Source: Octopus sinensis
Taxonomy: Eukaryota
NCBI RefSeq assembly: GCF_006345805.1
Contig: NC_043004.1
Span: 72,974,001-73,038,000 of the forward strand
Direction: 5' to 3'
DNA: 64,000 bases
Of this stretch, positions 38,030-48,808 are shown piece by piece. Both the position numbers and the translations under genes were made by a program. The number at the start of each line of letters is the position of its first letter. Positions within the stretch are counted from its first letter, which is position 1. The notes beneath the pieces were generated by a model. The model made no database searches. It had not been told where the DNA came from and worked only from the letters and a program-made list of their open reading frames with translations.

Positions 38030-41000
38030 CATAGTCAGGTGGCTTCGTCATTCATACGTGCCATCCTTGCTACATTCACCCTTTTTTTTAAAACATTCAC
38101 TAGACAAAACTTGCCTCTCTACTCTCACTTTTTTCTTCCAAGTGATACTTGAAGAAGTTGATGAGAGATTGACCAGAGAGGAAAGTGTTTGTCTCTAATC
38201 CTTTCAGACGCGTCCACCAGATACATTCTTTCGCCATAGCCACAAGTATGATAAAAATAGCTCTTCCTTCCCGTTTGAAGGAAGGAGGCGTGACGATATT
38301 AACGATAGACTCGGCTGATAAACCGACACGTCCCACACGTGACAGCAGTCGTTCGACATAAGCCCACAGGTGGGAAATTGCTGGACACTGCACGATTGCG
38401 TGCAGAGCGGTTTCGTCGCTCTGCCCGCATCTCGGGCAGGTCGGCCCCGTGTTTCTCGAGCCATGCCTATAGAGCTTATCCCGAACGGGTAGCGCTTCTC
38501 GGTAGCACCGCCAGGCCAGGGATCTCTGGAAGTTGTCCATAGGTCCCGGGCCGAAAGTCGTTTGAAACAGGCGGGTCAGGTATTCCTCGTCGACGCCCAG
38601 GTTTGCCCCGAGCTCGTCGTCGTACCTCCCCTCCACTAATCCCCTATAGAATGCTTTGGTTGTGTTGAAGTCACTCAAGGTCGACCCGGGACGGCAGAGT
38701 TGCTTGAGAGCAACGCGACACTCGCGGTGCCATTCGCCCTTCTTCGGCCTCTTTTTGATCCACGACTGTAGTTCGGTCATGGAGACGAGTTGCGGGAATG
38801 CGTGCCTCACAAACGGCGACCACACCTGTTCACCGTCGTCTACATAGAGCCGGAGATGTCGCAGTCTCAGCGCGTGTCTGCGCATCATCAACCACGGCAT
38901 GCCCAGCCCTCCTTTTAACGGGTGTTGACAGCAAATGGATCGCCTGACCATCGGGACGCATCCTTTCCACAAGAAGCGGAAGAGGATGCGTTCTAGTTTG
39001 GTGATGGTAGGGTCGGGACAAGGTACGACGGTCAGGCGGTAGTAGATGATGGACGCGATGTACGCGTTCACCACCTCCGCCCGACCTTTTAGGGACAGTT
39101 TCCTCTCGGCCCATTGCTGGGCGAGAGTGACCACCCTACTCGTTATCTCGTTCCAGTTCTTCTCCATTTGGAGGTCCGGACCGAACCAGACCCCGAGCAA
39201 CTCAACCGGGCCGTCTGTCCAGCGTCCCACGACGGAGGTACTGGTGGACGGCATGGGTTTGCTTCTCCAGGTGCCGAGCCGCAAGCCCACTGACTTTTCC
39301 CGGTTGATTTTTGCTCCTGTCACCGCTTCGTAGTCTTTCAGTGTCTCGCCGACCCGCTCGATGTGCTCGTGGCTTGACACTATGACGGTGACGTCGTCCG
39401 CGTATGCAGACACGCTCGTCCCGCATCCTAATTCTCGCGGGATGCCCCTCAGAGTCGCCAGCTTCCGCAGTAGTGGCTCAAGAGTCAATACGTATAGAAG
39501 CGCCGAGAGGGGGCATCCCTGACGGACCGAACGTGCAATGTCGAAGGGTCTCGATAGATGTCCATTTACGCGAATTACCGAACGGATGCCTCTGTACAAG
39601 GCAGCTATCCAGCCGCGGAAGACGGGACCGAAACCAGCCGCTCTCAGGACTGCCTCCAAGTATCGATGGTCTACCCTATCAAAGGCTTTCGATTGATCCA
39701 AGTTGATCAGGGCCCCACCCATGCCAGGTTCGTTAACTACCCTGTCTATGATGTAGCGCATCAGATGGAGGTTGTCATGGATGCTCCGGCCCGGCACGGC
39801 GCACGTTTGTGCGTTGTCGACCAGTTTCTCCATGACAAGCGCCAACCTCTTGGCTAACACCTTTGTCAAAATTTTCAGGTCTGCATTGAGTGATTGGCCT
39901 AAAGTTATCTATAATGTTTCCCTTGTTTGGATCTTTCTTCAGCAGAGTTACAGCTCCTCGACTCACAAAACCGGGTATGCTCCCGTTTTGCTGCCAGTTG
40001 CAGTATACCGCACCAAGACGTCTCCAAACAAGTCTGGCATACAATAGTAAAATTCGTAGGGTAGACCATCCAAACCCGGTGATTTGTCCCTCGAACATTC
40101 TGCCATCGCTTCCCGCACTTCCGCCGCCGTGATGGCACCTTCGCAGCACCCTGCCTTTCTTGTCGAGAGTCGTGGCAGGCTATGTAGGTAGGCACTGAAG
40201 TCTACCCTACGTTCTTGCCCTCCACTCGTCCCGAACAGTCGGGCAAAATGCTGCTGAAAGCCTCACACATTTTACTTGGCTCGAGCAATTCGCGCCCCTG
40301 TTCATCTACCAGTGACCGAATGGTGGCTTGTTTGTTGCCCTGTTGCGCCTCTGCCACCCGGGCCTCTCTCGCGGCTCCAACACCTTCGTTCCTTAGAGCA
40401 CGCATCCTAGCTCTGACAGCACATCCTTCGTGTTTGGCGTTGAAGTGTTGGTCGAGGGCCAACCTCGCCGCCAAAACGTCGGATGCGATGCCGCTTCTAA
40501 TTGCCTCTTCTAGCTTCTTAACTAGCTCACCCTCTACTCTATTTCTATCTATGGCTAGTGCTTTGCTGTACCTAATCGCTTCTGCTTTTACTGCTCTCTT
40601 GAGGGCAAACCACCATTTGTTGTTGATGATGGCTCCCGTCAAAGCCCTCTTTACTAGTGTGCTAATCCGGTCTCTGAAAACTTGTCTGGACGGGAATGAT
40701 GCGTTCAGTTTCCAGTACCCAGGACCCTGTCTATGTGCCTTATCTAAGTCTAGCGTACACGTCACCAATTTGTGATCCGTGTAGCTGACTGTGTGGAATT
40801 GTGGACATCCTAAGTTATCCTTGTCTACTGTCCTACACAGTATCCTATCTAGATACGATCTCGACGACCCACTGCGGTTGCTCCATGTCCACGTTGGTGC
40901 ATTTGGGTGGTCGAGTCGGTACCTGTCAGACAGTTGGAATCGTCTGAGCAGGTCTCTGAGGCATTTGCATCCCCTTCTGTTTCTGTCTCTACCCACGTAG

Positions 41001-41452
41001 TCTACATGCGTGTCCAAGGTAGCATTCCAATCCCCCACTAAGAGTAAAGGACGAGACGTTCCCAAGAATACTTCTAGACGTCGAAAGAAATCCGCCCGAC
41101 CTGTTAAGGGCGGTGCGTAGACTGATACGAGTCGAAAAGCGCACCCATTGCTGCCGTCAACATCCAGAACGATCAGTCTACCCTCCGGGTCTACGAATAT
41201 CGTCTTGACTTCGAGATCCAGGCTCTTGTGAAAAAGTACCGCGGTGCCACTACCGCCCATCCTCGGCAGACAGGGAGCGAAATAAATGTTAAACTGTCCG
41301 CCAAACATGGACTTTAGGGCCCGTGGCTCGTGGAGTCTGGTCTCACTTATGGCTATGATTCCCAAATCATGTGACTTGATGTCATTTAGGAGGTATCCTT
41401 GTTTCCAAGGAGACCCCAAGCCACGCGCATTCACACAACCAATCTTGACCAT
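38030..41452 (-). pseudogene. Tx1 ORF2 (APE endonuclease, RT, C-terminal CCHC), frameshifted in this assembly
   Basis: MVKIGCVNARGL, IAISETR, LVGDWN, SYLDRI, YTDHKLV; KSPGLDGLPYEF, NFRPIT, LDQSKAFDRV, VRQGCPLS, YADD (39393-39404), CPRC..ETALHAIVQC. Small deletions near 40255, 40010, 39890 and 38150. Confidence 0.92.
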
Positions 41453-41502
41453 GATTCTATTGGGGTGTGTGCTTTAAAACACACAAATGAAAGTACAGAG
41501 AG

Positions 41503-43223
41503 TTACTTACTTGTGTCGAAAGTTTTGGCTTCCTCGTTCTTTGATGTGTCTTCGAGGAGGTTTCTATATAGTTTTTGGGACAGATATTTCTGGAAACCCC
41601 CTACAGCATTTGGGAAGAGGGCTTTGAGTTTGTGGTGTTGTGTTTGTGTGATGTGTAGTATTTTGATGTGTTTGGGTGGTGTAGTGCGTGGATGATTGCT
41701 ATTTTTAAAGTCATCTTCACAAATGTTTGTGTATCCTGTGATGTACTCCATTAGTTTGGAGTCTTTTGTGTCTATCGCTGATAGCATTGTTTTTGTGGTG
41801 TTGGTGCTTGTTTTGTTGTGTATGGAGTTTTCAGGGTTCAGGTATCTCCCTGCTTTGGTTGCGATTTCTTGTTTGGTTTTTCTTGATCTTTTTCTTTTAC
41901 CCCCTGTGGCTATTTGCCATTCTGTCGAACTTTCATCGTTAGATGAAAAGTCTGACGAATCAGCAGGGGGCAAGGGTAAAGCGTCTGGGTGTGTTTGTGC
42001 GGTTGTAGATATTGTTGTGGTGCGCGGGGAGGGTGTTGCTGGGGGGTTTGTTGTGGTTATTGTCTCTCCTACATCCTTGGTGCTTGTCTTCTTCGTTGTT
42101 ATTCTTGGTGTTGGAATTGGTTTATTTGTTGTTGGTGGTGATGATTCTGTTCTTGGCGCTGGTGTTGGTGTTGTTTGGTTGGGTTGGTTTGTTCTTTGTT
42201 GTTTTTCCTGCATTTCCGCATACAGCTTCTTGACTAGCTGTCCATATTGTGGTGTGGGCAATAATCCTGGCTTTTGTGATTTTTCCTGTGGCTGTTGTTG
42301 TTGTTGTAATTTTGCGGCAGATTTGCACTCCTTTTTGAGGTGTGCCTCACTGCCACATGTATAGCATCGTGGCCTTCTGCCCTCGACTACTACGTATAAC
42401 TTGCGGCCATCCTCAAGATGTACGTGGGTGGGGATTTTATTTATGTCCTCTTGACTTATGTGGAAGAGGAACTCTATTCTCTTTCCCAGCCAGTCCTTGT
42501 TTTCCGAAACACCGATATCTAGTGTTTATGTCCTCCATTTCGGATGTTACGGCGGATGTAATCCACAGTGTTGTAGTCACTTGGGGGACACCACTGATAA
42601 TGACTTTCGTCACCTTCTGGCCGAGGTAACTCGGTGTCAACGTTAGTTCATCAGAATGAAGGGTTATCGTTGAGAATTTCTTCGCCAACTCTTCATTCTG
42701 AAAAACCACCTGTACGTGTGCGAACTTGTTCGCCCAAGTCACACAATCCTTGTATCCCCAGATGGGGCGTAAGCACTTTTCGACTTTGTCTGTGCTTGCC
42801 TTTTCTGGACTTTTTTGTTTTTATTTTGTGATTTTATATACAATTGTCTTTTTTTTCTCCTCATTCAGTATGTGTTGAGGTATGTGTAAGAGTATTTTTC
42901 CGTTTGATTTGTAATAAGGTTTCTGCAATCTTTAATCTGTTGTGTAGTAAACGAAACTTTTGTTACCTTTTTCTTTTATCGCCTCGGCGAAGTTTGTTGT
43001 TGTTTTGTTATTGTTGTTACTGTTGATGTTGATGGCAGGGGTGTGGGTTGTAGGTTTGTGGTTGCTGATTATGCAACTAGCAAGGGGTGGAAAATTGCCT
43101 GCGTAATTTAGTCCTGCATTAGCGCAAATTTCGGCATTTCGTTTGCTTGTCGTCGTTATTTTTTCACTTGTTGGTGATGGAGTGAGCAGTGGTTGAAGGG
43201 AATTGTTGTTGTCGTCGTCGTCG

Positions 43224-43260
<37 letters not shown>

Positions 43261-43616
43261 ATTGTCGTTCTTGGTGACGGCGGTGGTGTTAGTAGTATTA
43301 GTAGCATTGACGGCACGGTCTTTGGTGGCGGTGATGGTGATGTTGGTATTGTTATTGGTCGCGACGTCTTTAGTAGGGATAGCAGTTTTAGTAGCAGATT
43401 CTGCCATGGTGTTGTTGTCGTGTTGGTGGTGGTGGTGGACTCACTGATGGTGTTGACGGTGCTTGGCCTTGCGACCTTTGTTTTGTATTTGTTGCTGTTG
43501 TCGATGTTGATGGTGGCGGAGTTGTCAGGTTCAGCGTAAGGTAACAGAGCATCCTGTTTTTCTGCCTCTGCGTCACGGTTGACTTGCACCTCAGCCTCGT
43601 GGTGACCAGTGGCCAT
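41503..43616 (-). pseudogene. Tx1 ORF1 (Thr/Asn-rich, RRM-like region, zinc knuckle), frameshifted
   Basis: CYTCGSEAHLKKEC (CX2CX4HX4C) at 42325-42366; segments in ORFs 43164-43646, 42437-42742 and 41503-42261. Confidence 0.8.
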
Positions 43617-43835
43617 TTTGGAAATAAAATGGCTAAATGAAACCACGAAGGCTATGAGAATTTTTTCTTTTAAATTTTGCCCACAAGGGGCAAAATTTTG
43701 TGTAGATATTTATCAAAGGTTTACAGTGGATGTTGTTGCACAACTTTTAAACACAAAATATTTCACAATAAATAATTTTCAACGTACAAAATGACCAACT
43801 TACGTGGAGCCCATTTGACTAGCGTCCGTCCGTCC

Positions 43836-43907
<72 letters not shown>

Positions 43908-43908
<1 letters not shown>

Positions 43909-44270
43909 TGTTTCTTTATTAGCCACACAGGGCTGCACACAGATAGAACAAATTACAAGGTAGAGCTTTCTTTGAAGGTTAAAAAAAAAGGAAGGGGGAT
44001 TTTTCGATATAAGGGATCGTAAAAGGAAAGAGAGGACAAAAAAAGGGGTTTAAAAAAAAGGGGGAGAGGAAAAAAAAAAAAATTGATCAATAGGGATCGT
44101 TATCACAGAAATGTCAATATGAAGTGTAAAGGGAGGACAGGTGAGGTTTACCCGTGGAAAGAAAAGCCTACGGAAAAGACCACGGTAACCTCGGTCAATG
44201 GAGTCACATGTTATATTTCTTTTTTTTTTTTTTGCGAATAAGCAACTCTCTGTTTTCAATTTCTGGGTTC

Positions 44271-44271
<1 letters not shown>
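43908..44271 (-). mobile_element. Tx1-family element copy 4 (3' UTR only)
   Basis: Same 3' end; (GATA)n at 43837-43907 and 44272-44348. Confidence 0.92.
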
Positions 44272-44349
<78 letters not shown>

Positions 44350-44726
44350 AGGCAGACAGACACATACATACTTACATACACTTATCACATGTGTATTGAA
44401 GATACGTCGCCTTGTGGTAAGGTAGTTATAACCTCATGAGCTCAATTCCTAGACCGGGTGGGGGCTTGTTTTGCCGAACCGCTAAGTCTCTTTTGCCGAA
44501 CCGCTAAGTTACGGGGACGTAAACATCCTAGCATCATTTGTCAAGCGATAGTGGTGGGCGGGACAATCACAAACACACGCATAAATATATACGACGGGCT
44601 TCTTTCAGTTTCCATCTACCAAATTCATTTACAAGGCTTTGGATGACCTATAGCTACAGTAGAAGACACAAGACCAAGGTGCCATGCAATGGGACTGAAC
44701 CCGGAACCATGTTGTTGGGAAGCAAG

Positions 44727-47171
44727 TTTCTTTATTTCATTAAATTTGCTATGAAGGCAGTACATAGAGTAAAATAGCTTTGCCGGCTGGACGAGGACAT
44801 TAATGAAATGAATGATAATGAAAGAAAGATGATAAGGATGGGAGAAGACAAAAAGCGCCCGCCGACTTCTGCTTCTCTAAAACATTGTTCTTTAAAACCA
44901 AACACAAAACGAGGTATTAAACCTCTTACAACTTTTACGACTTTTCAATTTTTGGACTTAACAGTCCATTACAAAAAACAATAGTTCAATATTTACATAT
45001 AATATATAATACAATACACAAACCCTCCTCCCAGACCTGGCTTACACTTCCCTTAGGAATGCGCCAGCTCTAGGTCGGGGCCCCTCAAGTCGTATCTAAA
45101 CATGTCCTATCAAACATAAAAAATACATTATCACTTCTCCCTTCCTCCTCTTTCCGGACCTCCAGTCAAATATCTAGCCGCCTGCAGAGCAGACCACGTT
45201 GACAGCCGGGGAGTTCAGAAAGAAAGCGAAGTGCCTATTATCAAATGTTTGTGTCACACAGTGCCACAATTTATGACTCATCCTCAAAATAACTTGTGCC
45301 CGCATCCTCTGCCATCCTCCACGCCTCTTCCAAAACCACATCGAGTTCCGTGTTAGCGTTGCCCGGGAACAAGCGATGTTCCTCATTGAGCTCCTTCAGC
45401 TCAAACGTATCGTCGAACGTCGTGGCCTCCACAGCTATCTGCGGAGGCCATTCGGGGTCCTGTGTGAAGGCTGAAGGTGCTCCCTTATGGTGCTTTTCCA
45501 TCACCTTTTCAATCTCTCCACCACTATGGAAGAAGATCGATACATCGTCTTTCCCTGGGGGCGGGATATTCAATTCTTTCATTGGCGGCACAGTTCCCGC
45601 TAACGGCGTTTCTTCTCCTGTCGGTGGTACAACCCCAACCGGCGTAGTTCCGGGACATTCCGGTACTATGTCACCGACTGCCGGCAATGTCCCGTTTCTC
45701 TTCCTCTTCCTCTTTTTTATCTTTTCAACTGAGGGAAGGTGCGTCTCCTCCGTGGCCGGAAGGTTCGCCTTTCCCTCCTCATCCCTAGTATCCTTTGGTG
45801 AGCACCCATTGTTGCTCACCTTCTTCCTCTTTCGGTCCCTGTTTGAGGAGTCCTCCGCTTCCTCGGCCGTCTTCATTCCCTCTTCTACAGGGGTCTCACT
45901 TAACTGCTTCGGGATCTTATTTTGTTCCCGGGGACAGTTTTTCTTTATATGGCCGGACTCCAGGCACCGATGACACCTGGTGGGGGCACCTTCAAGTATC
46001 ACCGGGTACCTGCACCCGGCCATTTTTAAAAAATCTGGAAAAACCAGATTGGCTGATTGGGTCCAAAGGGTCAAAATTGCTTTTGACCCAACCCAAACAG
46101 CCGCAGGAAGAATTTTCACATTAAGAAGCTCAGTCCCGCTGCCACCCAGACCCCGGTGGAAGGTCTCCTCTATCCACTCGGGTTTTATCCCGGGTGGCAG
46201 CCCGCAGATCCAAGCTTTCGCCCACCTCTTCCCATGATAAGTGGGAAGAAATAAAATTTCCTTACCCTCCAGGGGTTGACTAGCAAATTTGCGAGCCTCT
46301 TCAGGTGTGTCAAATAGCAACCACACCGTTGCATATCTGACACCCCTGGAAATGAATTTAATTGTTGGCAAATACTCTGCCAACCCCTTTTCAATTGCTG
46401 TCTTTTCGAATAGGGCGATGGTGTCGAGTGCCTTGGAGTAGGTTCTCAACACCACCGTCCTATCTTCACGGTATTTTAACCACTTTTTAGGCGGTATAAT
46501 CTCCCATTCCAAAATTTTGTCAGTTTTCATTGCCATGTTTTTTTGTTTTTTTTTAGAAATATATTCAAAATAAAACTTAAAAAGCGAGAAGAAAAAAGAA
46601 ATTAAAAGAAAGTCACAATAAACAAAAGGAGAAAGTCAAATAAAGTTTTGAAGAAAGTCAATTGTTCAGGAACACATAAAAAAAAAAATCTTCCGGCCAT
46701 TCGGTACTCCCGGCCTAGGTTGAACCCGAAACGCCACAACTGGAACACAACTTCCACAAAAATTGATATACAAATTGTTCAATCTTCGGAGGCAAAATAC
46801 TCCCCCATACAGTAGTTTTCACAATTATTAAAGTTCTTCAAAATGCACAATACAAGCAATAATTCTCATAATTGAGTAAAATATTCACTCAACGTAAACC
46901 GAAGACGAGGATACGCCCACCAAAAATGAATCCAATAGATTCTCAATGCACAAAAACAGCAGCCGCCGAGAGCAGGCGAAATTGTCCCAGAGCTGGGCAC
47001 AATTTACTGAAAAAATAATTCGCACGCAATAAATTATGCCCAGCTCACAATAAACAAAATCACCTACCTCGACAACCTACTCTGTTTTTGTTCTTTTTTC
47101 TTTTTAGGACGGAGCTCAACGCTCACGTCCTCACCGTTCTGTGTGAAGAAGTCGACTTCACGACCGGAACC
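44727..47171 (-). mobile_element. ORF1-only (HAL1-like) Tx1-related retroelement with 9-bp TSD
   Basis: TSD GGAAGCAAG at 44718-44726 and 47172-47180; ~635-bp 5' UTR, one ORF, ~545-bp 3' UTR ending AATAAAGAAA; no ORF2. Confidence 0.85.
45271..46536 (-). CDS. Intact Tx1/L1-type ORF1 protein (421 aa; RRM-like region + CCHC zinc knuckle)
   Basis: CHRCLESGHIKKNC at 45934-45975. YATVWLLFDTPEEARKFASQPLEGKEILFLPTYHGKRWAKAWICGLP aligns with FAHVQVVFQNEELAKKFSTITLHSDELTLTPSYLGQKVTKVIISGVP of the neighbouring Tx1 ORF1. Confidence 0.85.
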   Translation of the reverse strand: MAMKTDKILEWEIIPPKKWLKYREDRTVVLRTYSKALDTIALFEKTAIEKGLAEYLPTIKFISRGVRYATVWLLFDTPEEARKFASQPLEGKEILFLPTYHGKRWAKAWICGLPPGIKPEWIEETFHRGLGGSGTELLNVKILPAAVWVGSKAILTLWTQSANLVFPDFLKMAGCRYPVILEGAPTRCHRCLESGHIKKNCPREQNKIPKQLSETPVEEGMKTAEEAEDSSNRDRKRKKVSNNGCSPKDTRDEEGKANLPATEETHLPSVEKIKKRKRKRNGTLPAVGDIVPECPGTTPVGVVPPTGEETPLAGTVPPMKELNIPPPGKDDVSIFFHSGGEIEKVMEKHHKGAPSAFTQDPEWPPQIAVEATTFDDTFELKELNEEHRLFPGNANTELDVVLEEAWRMAEDAGTSYFEDES

Positions 47172-47236
47172 GGAAGCAAGCTTCTTACCATACAGCCACA
47201 CCTGCGCCTCTATGTATATTTTTTATTAATATTTAG

Positions 47237-47510
47237 CAGAACTAACAGAATGACTCAGTTTCGAGAGTTTCGTGCGTTGGCACTTACCAAACTAGTTAGA
47301 AGTTGAAGAGCTGTGAGTTTATTTAGCTGACTATAAATATAATTCCCTCTGGTTTATTCTGGACCGAATTTTAAAATCATAATAATGATGATTTTAAAAA
47401 TCGATCTATTATAGAACAGCTGCATGAACTCACAACTCTTCGATCTGTAACTAGTCTGATAAGTGCGAACGCACGAAACTTTCGAACCTTGAGTCCCTCT
47501 GTTACTACTG
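47237..47510. repeat. Inverted pair of ~90-bp hammerhead-like repeats
   Basis: 47237-47322 (-) and ~47425-47510 (+). The plus copy reads CTGATAA-GTGCG-AA-CGCAC-GAAAC...GAGTC. Confidence 0.6.
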
Positions 47511-47757
47511 TTAGATATTAGTAAGTATATCGCTGGCGATTTTTTTACCTCCATCTTCCCTTCCTTGAATCTTTCCTTTTCCTATGTTTTTGACGAAGAG
47601 CTCCGCTCGAAACGTTAGATCCTCCTTCTTTCTTTCCTTTCCTGAGCGTCCCATAACACTATACTTGTTCCACGTCCTCGCGTTGTTGTGTTTTCTCTAT
47701 GTATGTATGTATGTATGTATGTATGTATGTATGTATGTATGTATGTATGCATGTATG

Positions 47758-48407
47758 TCACTTTCGAGTGCTACTGGTACATGTAACCCAGAACAACCTG
47801 TTGCATGGTCGGGCCGTCGGCGACTAAACTGGCTACCCCAGCAAGCTTGCTTGGTGAGGAGGGTGTTTATGGATACCTGCGGGATGAAAACAAAACCCGT
47901 CAAAGCGGGAGGAAACTCTTGAGAGTCAACGGCATCCAATAAATGTGTAATTTTTTTTCTTGAAGCTTAAGGCTGTATCATGCGCGGGGACATAGAAATA
48001 ATCGGACTGAATACCCGATCGCGCGGTTAAACCATTGGAAGTGAAGGACTCCTAGCCTTTGTTAGGGCATCCTTCTAGGAGAAGGTAACTCAGATAACTG
48101 GGATAACTCCGACATAAAACCTGCGGTTCAGTGGTTGCCGATGATGTTGACTTGTTCTTTTCGGATTATGGCTGCTGTTGCTTCGTGAGTGGGATTGACT
48201 CAGTGCACAGCCTTTCCTCACTTTAAATAAATCTTCCTGCACAGGCATTGCACGATAACAACATTGTTCATGATTGTTGATGGTGCTGTGAGTCTCAACT
48301 GAATGGCTGAATGCCTTAAAAAGCAAATAAAAGTCACATTCGATCGCAGCACCAATAACAGTTAAGCTTCGTGCAATGGCCATACTCGATAACGAGGAGT
48401 CAGCCAT
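47758..48407 (+). mobile_element. Unclassified ~650-bp insertion in (ATGT)n, possibly RTE-related
   Basis: (ATGT)n on both sides; CTAGGAGAAGGTAACTC recalls RTE 5' regions (recollection only); no ORF. Confidence 0.35.
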
Positions 48408-48698
48408 CATGTATGTATGCATGTATGTATGTATGTATGTATGTATGTATGTATGTATGTATGTATGTATGTATTCAACATGTGCAGCCGTTAATCCAGA
48501 CAGATGTTTGCCTCTCTTTCTCCGTTCTGTTTTCCTCTCTCCATCTGTTTTCTCTCTTCATTCCCTTCTATAGAAGAACGTAGGCTCGAAACGTTGAAGA
48601 CTTTTTCATTTCTCCTGGGTGTCAAACTAATACACCTTGTTTGTTGTTCCCTCACCTGTCTCTGTCTTATTGGGTTTTTTTTTACAATTTTGAACCGC

Positions 48699-48737
<39 letters not shown>

Positions 48738-48770
48738 TGTGTGTATGTGTGTATGATGTGTGTGTGTGTG

Positions 48771-48808
<38 letters not shown>

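Larger units (their letters stand above)
37591..43836 (-). mobile_element. Apparently full-length Tx1/L1-clade non-LTR retrotransposon (copy 3)
   Basis: 5' UTR, ORF1 with a CCHC knuckle, APE-RT ORF2, 3' UTR ending AATAAAGAAAC, (GATA)n on both flanks. Confidence 0.93.
44467..47209 (-). mobile_element. SINE family A split in its tRNA head by a 2445-bp insertion
   Basis: Head start at 47209-47172 (AGGCGCAGGTGTGGCTGTATGGTAAGAAGCTTGCTTCC); remainder resumes at 44726 (CTTGCTTCCCAACAACATGGTTCCGGGTTCAGTCCC). Confidence 0.9.

Noticed and set aside
40215-45973. Long plus-strand ORFs 40215-40775, 41696-42364 and 45296-45973
   Set aside because: They are antisense shadows of the retroelement ORFs, with no recognisable protein features.
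48040-48100. HDV-like ribozyme (CTCCTAG/CTAGGAG with GCC/GGC inside)
   Set aside because: Only ~6 nt lie between P3 and P2, leaving no room for P1, P1.1 and P4; it is a plain hairpin.
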